Positions 18,299-27,500 of a DNA stretch of 64,000 nucleotides are shown here, in pieces. The DNA lies in NCBI GenBank assembly GCA_964449465.1, contig CAYVBK010000015.1, positions 1 to 64,000 on the forward strand. Reading direction: 5' to 3'. Positions within the stretch are counted from its first letter, which is position 1, and every line of letters begins with the position of its first letter. Both the position numbers and the translations under genes were made by a program. The notes beneath the pieces are model-generated. The model was not told the DNA's origin. It ran no database searches and saw only the letters and a program-made list of their open reading frames with translations. This stretch comes from an uncultured Anaerolineae bacterium. Lineage in GTDB: Bacteria > Chloroflexota > Anaerolineae > JAFGEY01.

Positions 18299-20233
18299 TT
18301 ACATTCGCCCTGTCTGCGAGTGAGGGGCGCGGCGAGGCATCCGATTGCGCCAATAGGCAAACCATTCCAAGAGCAACACGCCGAGCGCGGCCAGAGCCGG
18401 CCAGCGCCACCACTCGCGGCGACCAGTTTCGCTGTGCGTCTGCCCACCAAGCGGCTGCCGATTGACCTCGATGGCGGATTGGGGGGCAATGGCCGATTCC
18501 AGTTCGCTGAACAGGTTGACCGCAAAGGCAGAGCGCAGCGTCTCGCCGGAGCGGGCCTGCTCAACTGTATAAAGGCCGGGTTCGTTCGTCTGAGCAAACG
18601 GGATGGGCTGGCCGTCGGCGGGTTGAAAGGCATATCGCTGCCCTGATGGAGTGGTGATGGACAGCGACTCGACGCCCATTTGCGGGCGCACCTGCACCGG
18701 CATGCCCGGCGACAGGACAAGCTGCTCGTTGGCAGCGTCTATATCACCGGTCGGGGCCAGCCAATGGGTCAGGTTGGCTACCAGAATGGGAAAGGCGATC
18801 TGCAAAGGCAGGTCCGATTGATGCAGGTCAAAGGTCAAGACGGCCACCCGCCGCCCGCCCATCTCGCCGGCCAGCAACAAAGGGCCGCCGGCGGCCTCGA
18901 TCAGCGTTTGCGCCCACGTCGGCGCAGACACGGCGCGAGCGCGGGCGATATGCACCTGCTCGCGCAGGGCGGCAGCGTCGAGGTAGCGCAGCAGCGGCGA
19001 TTGAGTCTGCACCTGGACGATCTGCGTCTGGGTGATGCTGCCGCTCACCTGAATCCAGTCGTTCGAGGCCGGCGGATTGATCAGCCAGAGGTTGGCGTTG
19101 GCAATCTGAAACCCCGATGGCGAGACGCCATCCAATACAACCAGCGTGGGCGGGGTGGGCGGCATCGAGAGGGTGGTCGTGTCGGTCACGCGCACGCTGA
19201 TCAGGTCGAGTTGGGGCATCAAGGCCAGGGCGCGCTCTAGAAATGCATTGCCTGGCGAGATGAGCATGGCTGTGGCCCGCTGCGACAGCGAACGCACCGC
19301 CCAGGCACGATTATCCAGGGGCAGAGCATCGTCGGGCAGGTGCACCTCGATCTGACGGGTGTCCAGAGGCAGGTGGGTCAGCGACAGCCCGCTTTCGCCG
19401 TGCGCCTCCAGGTTGAGGACGCGGGCGTCGAACAAGGCCCCGTTGACCCAAATCTCGACCAGTGGCGCGGCCGGCCGCTCGCTATGGTTGGCCACTCGCA
19501 GATAAGCCTGCGGCCCGGCTGCGCTCTCGCGGATGGCCAGGGCGGCCACAGCCAGATTTTCGCCGCCGACGCCCACCGGCACATAATTCACCCGGCCCGG
19601 CAAAGCTGGCAGCGGTTGATCGGCGGCAGTCGAGGTCAGGCCGCCGTCCGACAGGATGACGATGATATTTTCCGACGATTGTCGTGCACTGGACGCCGCC
19701 AGGATGAACGCTGCCGACCAGTCGGCCTCGGTGTTGGAGACCTGGGCCGCGGCCGAATCGGGCGCAAGAGCCTGCCGCAAAACCGATTTGTCGTTGGTCA
19801 GCGAGGCCAGCACGCGCGGCATGTTGGCCACGGCGATCAGGGTCATGGTGTCGTTGGGCCCCAGGCTGTCAATGATCTGATGAACCCGACTGCGCGCCAC
19901 CTCAAAACGGTTGGGAGCCACATCGGTGGCCTGCATGCTGGCCGAGGCATCCAACAGCACGATCACGTGTCCTTGAAAGACCTTTTCAATCTCGCTGTAA
20001 GGGCGAGCCAGAGCCAGCACCAACAGAGCCAGCAAAAGCAGTTGCAGCAAGAGCAGCAAATTGCGGCGCAGCTTTTGCCAGGGCGAGTTGGCCTCACGGT
20101 CTTGCAGCACTTGCTGCCAGAGCATGGTGCTGGAGATGGTTTGCTCGTCGCGGCGCAGCTTGAGCATGTAAAAGATGAGGATAGGGATGCTCAACCCGGC
20201 CAGGGCCAGGGCCAGGGGGGTCAATAAACCCAT
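18299..20233 (-). CDS. BatA-like membrane protein with an N-terminal double-TM region, a von Willebrand factor A domain, and a C-terminal TM.
   Basis: ATG at 20233 (MGLLTPLALALAGLSIPILIFYML). BatA-type N-terminus, then a VWA core VIVLLDASASMQATD...TLIAV..VILSDGG. A C-terminal TM is present (WRWPALAALGVLLLEWFAYW). Confidence 0.7.
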   Translation of the reverse strand: MGLLTPLALALAGLSIPILIFYMLKLRRDEQTISSTMLWQQVLQDREANSPWQKLRRNLLLLLQLLLLALLVLALARPYSEIEKVFQGHVIVLLDASASMQATDVAPNRFEVARSRVHQIIDSLGPNDTMTLIAVANMPRVLASLTNDKSVLRQALAPDSAAAQVSNTEADWSAAFILAASSARQSSENIIVILSDGGLTSTAADQPLPALPGRVNYVPVGVGGENLAVAALAIRESAAGPQAYLRVANHSERPAAPLVEIWVNGALFDARVLNLEAHGESGLSLTHLPLDTRQIEVHLPDDALPLDNRAWAVRSLSQRATAMLISPGNAFLERALALMPQLDLISVRVTDTTTLSMPPTPPTLVVLDGVSPSGFQIANANLWLINPPASNDWIQVSGSITQTQIVQVQTQSPLLRYLDAAALREQVHIARARAVSAPTWAQTLIEAAGGPLLLAGEMGGRRVAVLTFDLHQSDLPLQIAFPILVANLTHWLAPTGDIDAANEQLVLSPGMPVQVRPQMGVESLSITTPSGQRYAFQPADGQPIPFAQTNEPGLYTVEQARSGETLRSAFAVNLFSELESAIAPQSAIEVNRQPLGGQTHSETGRREWWRWPALAALGVLLLEWFAYWRNRMPRRAPHSQTGRM

Positions 20234-20343
20234 AAAATTCCTTTCAAACAAGCACAAATTCACTAGAGTGAAACGATGATCCCACTGAAAAAACTGGTAG
20301 GGGCAGAAGCAAGCCCTGCCCCTACCAGACGCCGATTTCCCAA

Positions 20344-23300
20344 TCAGGGCGCGCTGCGCAGCACCAACGGCAAATAGACCTCTTGCAAGCCAACAGCGAA
20401 CAAGGCGCCCTTGTTGTTGCTGCTGCTGACATTGCCGGCGCGGTCTACCACCTGGATGATGGCCTGTACCGGCGTGTTGAGCGGCGCGTTGACGGTATAT
20501 TCCCACAAACCGGTGGACAGATTGGGGCTCATCTCGATGGTGTGCCAGGCCGGCCCGCCCCAGTTATAGGTACACCACACATGGGCAATGCCCGACTGGT
20601 CGTCGCCGGCATCCACGCTAAAGCGAGTTTGCGTAGGGCCGAGTAGTTCGCTGTTGACCGCCCAGATCGAAGGCGGGATATAGTCGGTGCTGTCGGTGAA
20701 ATAGACGCGCACGGTGATCTCGGTATACAGCCGCTCGATCTGATCGTCAGCCAGATATTGAGCAGGCACCAACACCAGGGTATCCTGACCGCCCAACCGG
20801 TTGACGGCGGCAATATGGATGGGATACCAGCCCTCATAGTCAAAGGGCGGCTCGCTGACGGCTGTATCGGTGACCACGGCGGCAATGACCGGATCGAAAT
20901 TAGAGATCGAGGTGATCTGGCTGCCCGACACCACGACACCGCGGGCGATCAGGCCGGACTGCGGCGGAGTGATGGGCAGGCTGATCAACGGCTGTATGGG
21001 CCGCCCGGCGCCGACCTGGGTGGTATCCAGGCCGTCTATGGTGAAAAAGGTGCCGCGTTCGGGGACGGTGTGCGGGATAAAGTGGAATCGGCAGCGATAA
21101 ATGACCTCGCTCCCGACGGTAGAAACATCACAAGGATCGGCGGCGGCACGCAGCGGCGGCGCCGGGTTTGGCACAGACACCTGGAACATGGGCAGGCCGT
21201 ACAGGGTGGCCTGGATCATGACCTTTTCGTCATAGCGGCTAAACCCGCCGGCCGGGATGGCCTCGACATAGCGGTGTTTGGCCCGCATCAGGGCATCGCC
21301 CACAGCGACGCCGCTATAGCGGCCCAATTCCTGGCCGAAAAAGAGCATCAATTGTTCCGAGTAGGCCACTTCGGTGCTGTCGCCCAGCCCATAGCCGGTA
21401 TTGCCCACAAATGCCCCGGCCTGCCGCCGCGCCAAAGCCTGAGCAAAATCCAGGGCGGTAGTAGGGTTGTCGCTGTCGGCGTCCGGCACTTGATAGCCAG
21501 CATGACAGCCCACCGACCAGACCACATTGCCCTCTTGGGGAGAACTGGCCCCTTCAATGTCGCTGGGGATCAAGTAACCCTGGCTCTCGTTGGGTGGGAT
21601 AGCCGCCCAGTGCGACATATGGGCGTTCAGCGAGACCAGATCCTGGTCGGTGTTGTTTATCCATACATCTCGCAGGTTGTCGGCGTGCCAGGTTTCGCCG
21701 ATCAGGGTTTGGGTGATCAGGCCAAAGTCGCCCATTTGGGCGTTGATAGCGGCCGCACTGTCACTCAAAAAGTCATAGCCGGTGGTGAGGGAACGAACGG
21801 CGTTAAGCGCATGATAGCCCATGTTATAATACTGCAACATGTTGATGATCTCGTCCGGCGTTTCAATCAAGCGGCCGACGGCCAGTTTGGGAATATACAG
21901 GCCATGGCCACGCCAGAACCTGGGCGCCGGGTCGCCGTAAAAATTGTCGGTCAGGATGAACCCCCAGGCCAGCGCCGACCAGGTGGCATTGCCACTTTGC
22001 AGGTAGGCCGACGGGATGTACTCGCGCTCGTTGGCGATAAAAGAAGTGTCTGGCACGCGATAAAACGGGATCATACGATCATCGCCGACCAGGACAATGT
22101 AACGGATGTTGGGATAACCAGACAGGATGGGATGGACAATCTGCTCAAAAATCGCCTCGGCCACCCGGTTGGCGCGGTGAGGATTGCAAAAATCGGCATC
22201 CCACTCGTTGTATTGAGATTGAACTGTCGCATTGTTGTCTATGACATAGACGATGCCGTTGACATCAGGGTCTCCGGCCAGAGTGTACAGCTCGGTAGGA
22301 ATACCGGCGGTATCGGTGACGCCAAAAGCATAATCCAGCCGCTGCTTGTTGACCAAGATCAGAGTATGCACGTCGGTGTACGACACGGTCGGGTAAAAGG
22401 AGGTCATAAAATTTGAGTTGCTATAGTCAAATTGCGGTGTGCAGCCGCCCACATATGCGCCCAATGTCTCAGTTTGCGTGACCAGGCCATAGGCGTGGTT
22501 GGGATCGTACTCGCCACCATGCCCGATCACCAGGATATAATAGCGGCCCGGCCGCAGGGCCAGAGTGGTGGCCGTTTCCCAGGCCTGACCGGGATTGGTC
22601 GAAATAGCTGTCATCTGGCCGATAGCCGTCATCTGGCCGATAGCCGTCATCTGGCCGATAGCCGTCATCTGACCAATAGCCGTCATCTGGCCGATGGCCG
22701 TCATCTGGCCGATGGCATTCACATCCGAGTTGTCTTGCAGGTCGCCGAGCAGCGCGTCACCGCTCAAAGAGGGCGCCTGGCTCAAATCGGCAAACACGGC
22801 CAGGTCATAATCGGCGGGCAGGTCTTTGAGGGTGACGGTGAAAACAGACGGCGTATCAATTTCCAGGTAATACCAGTCCACATCATCTTGCCAGCCGATC
22901 TTGGCCCATACTGTGTTGTTCAAAGGCAAGGGGGCGGCTTCCATAGCCGAGTCGTTGGACTCGAACGAGTCGTTGCCTTCTTGTTGGCGACTCACTTGCA
23001 GTTCAGCCAGGGCAGTCAACAGAGTGTCATTTTGATTTTTGATGATGGCCGAACCGTAGAATGTGCGCCCCAAAGCTTCCATGTCAATCTGGTTAGAGAC
23101 ATAGACCTGGCCGGGGTTGAGAGAAATGTCCTGAGCATAGACCATGCGACCGCCGGGGTCATGAAAATAGATGGTAAAAGTGTCGGGAATATCACCAATA
23201 TTTTTCAAGATGATACGTGAATTGCGCCCGGCCGCGCGCACAATGTGCGGCAGCACGGCGCTATAGGTGATCGAGTCGGGCGGCTGATAGGCCTCTACCC

Positions 23301-24483
23301 GCTCGTCGGTGGTCTCGGCATGAAAAACCACCATATCCAGGTTGGCGCCGCTGGCATAGATGCGGGCGGTGGCCATCTGCATCGGAGACAGCACCAACGG
23401 AAACGGCCCGGCTTGCTGAAATGGCTCGATTGTGCCGGCATTTTCGGTGGTGATTGGCGCGCCGTTGAGTGGGTTGGTATAAGAAATCAATGCCGTGGCC
23501 GCGGTCACACGGGTGTTCAGCAGCCACATGCTGGTGTCCCAACCCATGTGCTGGCTGTAGACGATGGGAATATCTTGTAACGAGGGCGCCGCCGGGCGAT
23601 CCACATACGCGCTGATGCGCCCGCGCGCGCTGTCCCAATCCAACACCGCCACCTGGATGGGCTGATCCGAGACGACAGCGGCCGATCCGCGCAGATCATC
23701 GGGAATGCCGGCAATGTTGTGCAGATCGTACACCTCGCCGGCCAGCGGCGCCAGCACCAGGCTGTCGGCATAGGCCGACGTGCCATCGGGGTAATAGATA
23801 TGGATCGCCACATTGGCCTGCATCATGCCGACATTCATGATAAACAAGGTGCTGTTCCACAAACCACCGGGCAAAACGCGATTTTTCTGAATCAAAGGCA
23901 GCGCCGATGATGTGCCGCCGCCGGGAAAGGCCGTATAGGAGGCCAGGCCATCGCCTTGCAGGGTAGGATTGGACACATCTACGCTGGCGGCTATTTGCAT
24001 ATAAAATGGGTCGGACACCTGAATGTGACCCACCGTATACAGATGGTTGGGAATGTCGGGCAAAAAGCGCAGGTTATAGCTGCGGCTACCCAGATGCGGA
24101 ATGGTATCGCTGATGAGATAAACCATCGCGCCGGCGCTGTCGTACAATTCGATGGTGATGCCAACCGGTTCTTCCAGGTCATGCCAGGCCGAAACGTGGA
24201 TGACGCTGAATTGATCGTTCATGTTGCAAGGCAGCAATGGCAAAAAGAGTTCGGCGGCATAATCAGTGGCCTCATAGATTGACCCGGAAACGTTGACGGT
24301 GGACGAGGCGGGCCAGAGCGGCGCAGCAGCAGGTAGAGCCGCAGCGGCCGGCGCCGCCGGCGCGCTCCATACCGTCGGCGAGCCAGAAGCGGCCAGGAGG
24401 CACAAAAGGGCAAAAAGACACACCCAGACAGAGCGAATATGACGAAATTGAGCGACAAATGGGGAAACAAGACAGTTCTTCAT
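20344..24483 (-). CDS. Giant secreted protein (~1380 aa) with a PPC domain, a (MTAIGQ)x6 repeat and a putative caspase-like (gingipain-type, clan CD) cysteine peptidase domain.
   Basis: ATG at 24483 follows SD AAAGGAG (the track ORF begins at TTG 24489). Signal peptide present. PPC-like segment ..NDSAMEAAPLPLNNTVWAKIGWQDDVDWYYLEIDTPSVFTVTL... His and Cys lie ~30 aa apart (AHMSHWA ... VWSVGCHAGY), reminiscent of clan CD. The peptidase assignment is tentative. Confidence 0.55.
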   Translation of the reverse strand: MKNCLVSPFVAQFRHIRSVWVCLFALLCLLAASGSPTVWSAPAAPAAAALPAAAPLWPASSTVNVSGSIYEATDYAAELFLPLLPCNMNDQFSVIHVSAWHDLEEPVGITIELYDSAGAMVYLISDTIPHLGSRSYNLRFLPDIPNHLYTVGHIQVSDPFYMQIAASVDVSNPTLQGDGLASYTAFPGGGTSSALPLIQKNRVLPGGLWNSTLFIMNVGMMQANVAIHIYYPDGTSAYADSLVLAPLAGEVYDLHNIAGIPDDLRGSAAVVSDQPIQVAVLDWDSARGRISAYVDRPAAPSLQDIPIVYSQHMGWDTSMWLLNTRVTAATALISYTNPLNGAPITTENAGTIEPFQQAGPFPLVLSPMQMATARIYASGANLDMVVFHAETTDERVEAYQPPDSITYSAVLPHIVRAAGRNSRIILKNIGDIPDTFTIYFHDPGGRMVYAQDISLNPGQVYVSNQIDMEALGRTFYGSAIIKNQNDTLLTALAELQVSRQQEGNDSFESNDSAMEAAPLPLNNTVWAKIGWQDDVDWYYLEIDTPSVFTVTLKDLPADYDLAVFADLSQAPSLSGDALLGDLQDNSDVNAIGQMTAIGQMTAIGQMTAIGQMTAIGQMTAIGQMTAISTNPGQAWETATTLALRPGRYYILVIGHGGEYDPNHAYGLVTQTETLGAYVGGCTPQFDYSNSNFMTSFYPTVSYTDVHTLILVNKQRLDYAFGVTDTAGIPTELYTLAGDPDVNGIVYVIDNNATVQSQYNEWDADFCNPHRANRVAEAIFEQIVHPILSGYPNIRYIVLVGDDRMIPFYRVPDTSFIANEREYIPSAYLQSGNATWSALAWGFILTDNFYGDPAPRFWRGHGLYIPKLAVGRLIETPDEIINMLQYYNMGYHALNAVRSLTTGYDFLSDSAAAINAQMGDFGLITQTLIGETWHADNLRDVWINNTDQDLVSLNAHMSHWAAIPPNESQGYLIPSDIEGASSPQEGNVVWSVGCHAGYQVPDADSDNPTTALDFAQALARRQAGAFVGNTGYGLGDSTEVAYSEQLMLFFGQELGRYSGVAVGDALMRAKHRYVEAIPAGGFSRYDEKVMIQATLYGLPMFQVSVPNPAPPLRAAADPCDVSTVGSEVIYRCRFHFIPHTVPERGTFFTIDGLDTTQVGAGRPIQPLISLPITPPQSGLIARGVVVSGSQITSISNFDPVIAAVVTDTAVSEPPFDYEGWYPIHIAAVNRLGGQDTLVLVPAQYLADDQIERLYTEITVRVYFTDSTDYIPPSIWAVNSELLGPTQTRFSVDAGDDQSGIAHVWCTYNWGGPAWHTIEMSPNLSTGLWEYTVNAPLNTPVQAIIQVVDRAGNVSSSNNKGALFAVGLQEVYLPLVLRSAP
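22607..22722. repeat. Perfect 18 bp tandem repeat (GCCGTCATCTGGCCGATA, about 6.5 units) inside gene 20344..24483, encoding (MTAIGQ)n.
   Basis: Read directly from the sequence. Units are near-identical, with one T/C variant. Confidence 0.85.
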
Positions 24484-24576
24484 GCGCAAACTCCTTTCAT
24501 TTTGCAGACACCCCCGAACAACTCGCCTATTTTTTATATCCCCGTAGGGGCAGGGCTTGCCCCTGCCAACTGATTT

Positions 24577-27500
24577 TTATTCATGACGACAGGCTGCGGC
24601 CATCGCCTGAGCGCGTTCCAGCTCGGGAAGGGCGCCCAGTTCGGCAAAAATACCCATCGCCTGCGCCAGGTCTTGCTCGGCCTGGGCCTGTAGATTTTGA
24701 CTTGAGCAGAGCATGCCGCGATGCAGCAAGACCTGCCCCATCTCGTATGGATTGTTGAGCTGCTCCAGGATGCCCAACGCGCTGTCAAGCAGATCGGCGG
24801 CCTGCCCATGCTTGCCGCGGGCAGCATAGACCTGCCCCAGCACGCGGCGGGCGATACCCTCTTCCAGCTTCATCTCTTGGGCGATGGCACAGTCGAGCGA
24901 CCGTCGTCCCCATTCCATGGCCCTGTCCAGATCGCCCTGCCCCAGACACACCTCGACCTGATGGCGATAGATTTCGGACAACAGGTCTTCGGTCTTGATT
25001 TGGGCAAACAGGGTCAGGCTGCGCTCCAGCAGCGCAGCCGCCTGCGCCCAGTCTTGCCGGCGAATCGCCACGACAGCCAGGCCGTTGCTGAGAAAGCCCA
25101 TCCCATAAATCGAACCCAACTCGGTCCAGGTTCGCAGGCTGGCGCGATACAACTCTTCAGCGCGATCCAGTTCGCCCTGATTCAGGTAAATTTCGGCCAG
25201 ATTGTTGGCCACCAGGGCGCGGCCATACACGTCGCCCATGCGCTCTTTGATCTGGAGAGCGCGGTCATAGTTCTGGCGCGCCTGCGGCCATTCGGCGCGA
25301 TTGAAATGCGCCACCGCCATGTTGATCAAGGCCTGACTCTCGCCGGCAATGTCGCCAATCTGCCGATAAATGTCCAGACTCCTGGCACAAACATCCAACA
25401 CCCGCTCGGCCTGACCATAGCGCAAATAGATGGCCCCTTGCAGATACCAGACATGCGCCAGCACACGCAGCCGCGCCGGATCATCGCCAGACAGGCGATT
25501 GGCAATATCGAGGCTCTGCTCACACCACTGCAAAGCCTGGCCATTGTCGCCCTGGCGGTGATAAATGCTGGCCCCCACCAGCCGGATTTGCGCCGCCTCC
25601 AGGGCCGCCTGAGGCGAGTCTCGCCCCTCCAGGGCCATCAGGCCGCCGCGTAACCAGTTAAACGCGGCCGCATAGTCGCTCTTTTTTTCGTAAATCGAGG
25701 CAGCCTTGCGACAGCGGTCGGCCAGGCGACAGGCCAATTGTTCGGGAGTGTCACTGATGGGCAGCACCAGCGACAGGGCGGCATCGTTGTGTTGAATAGC
25801 CTGATCGTACTCGCCGATGGTGATAAAAATCTGGCAGAGCCGGTCGTGGGCCAGCCACTGCTGCTCCTGACTACCCGGCACGTGAGCAGCCACCTGAAGA
25901 GCCTGACGATAGCGATGGATGGCATCCTGGTTGGCATAAATAGATTGGGCGCGCTGCCCGGCCTGAAGGTGATAGGGCAAAGCGGCGGTCCACTCTTCGG
26001 CCAGGCTGTAATGCTCGGCCAGCGATTCAACATAATCATCTATGTGAATGTCTTGCTTTTCGATGGCCTGAGCAATCCTACGGTGTAAATCGCGCCGTTC
26101 AGCATAAAGCAGCGTCTCATAGGCCACTTCGCGAGTCATCACATGGCGAAACAAAAAGGCCACCTGCACACCAGACGGATCGCGGTCTAGGATGGCTTTG
26201 TTGCACATGTCCAGCAGACTTTGGGTCATCTCGGCCTCGCTGGCGCGGTAAGGGTAGACCGATTCGAGCAGCCATTGCTGAAAGAGGCGGCCAATGGCCG
26301 AAGCCACTTTGAGCAGATTGCGGCTGGGTTCATCCAGGCGATCCAGGCGGCTCAAAATCACCCGGCTGATCGTATCGGGAGCCTGGATGCGCTCCAGGTC
26401 GGCGCGAGCGCGATAGACGCCGCCAGCCGGGTCGAACGACAGGTAATTTTCGATCAAAGCATGCGCCATCTCGACGATGAACAGCGGGTTGCCCTGGGCA
26501 TTTTTCAAGATGACGTTCTTGAGCGGCTGAGGGATGGGAGCCTGGGTGGGCAGTTCGCTGTTGAGCAAAGCCAGGCTGCCGTCGTCAGACAAGGGGACCA
26601 AAACAACGATAGTGTGAGGCGGCGCGGCAAGCTGCACCACCTCATCGGGGCGATAGGCCACACAGAAAAGCAGCGGAATATCCTGCGCATGAGTGACGAT
26701 GTGACTGAACAGGCTCAAAGACAGCTCGTCAATCCATTGCAGATCGTCGAGAATGATCAACAGCGGATGGAGCGCCGCCTCAGCCTGAACCAGACCGGCG
26801 ATCATACGTTGCAGGTTTTGCTGGCGCAGTTTGGGGTCGAGCGACCGGAGCAGGTCGCTTTCGGGCAACGGCGTCTGCGTCACCTGGGCTACCAGAGCGG
26901 CCCAATCGGCCCAGGTGGGCTGGATACTCCTCAGCCGCTCGATGATGCGCACCCCATCCGACTCGTCGGCGTGCAGGCCCAACATGTCTCGCAGAATGGG
27001 CGTCCAGGGAGCAAAGGGAGTGTGGCGATTGTAAGACAGGCTAGCCCCGAACAAGACCACGCCGCCGCGCTCGACCCAACGATCCATCAACTCTTCAAGG
27101 ATGCGCGACTTGCCCATACCCATCTCGCCATGCACATCGAGCAGGCGAGGCTGCCCCTGCAAGGACTGTTCGGCCACCTGCCAGATGGCCCGCCACTCGT
27201 CGTCGCGGCCGATCATCGGCGTAGGGCGGGCAATATGTCGGCCCGGAGCGCGCTCCAGGATGCCTTGCACATCATAATTGGGCACTGGCTGGCTTTTGCC
27301 TTTGACCCGCACCGGCTTTTTTTCGTCCAGCAAGAACTGTTTGCCGATCTGGGCGGCGGTGCTGGCGCTGATGAGAATCTGGCCTTCTTGCGCCGCCGAC
27401 ATGAGCCGCGAGGTCAGGTTGACCTGGTCCCCCATCACCGAGTATTCGTGCCGCGTGTCCGAGCCAACATTGCCGGCAAAGACGCGCCCGGTGTTGATGC

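Noticed and set aside
22607-22722. Possible CRISPR or minisatellite outside a gene.
   Set aside because: The 18 bp repeat is in frame inside a long ORF with a strong coding context on both sides. It is a coding tandem repeat.
24500-24576. Hairpin GGCAGGG-CTTGC-CCCTGCC between genes 24577..28773 and 20344..24483, considered as an intrinsic terminator.
   Set aside because: On the sense strand it is followed by an A-rich rather than a U-rich tract. It is kept only as a possible weak or Rho-dependent stop, and is not reported as a terminator feature.
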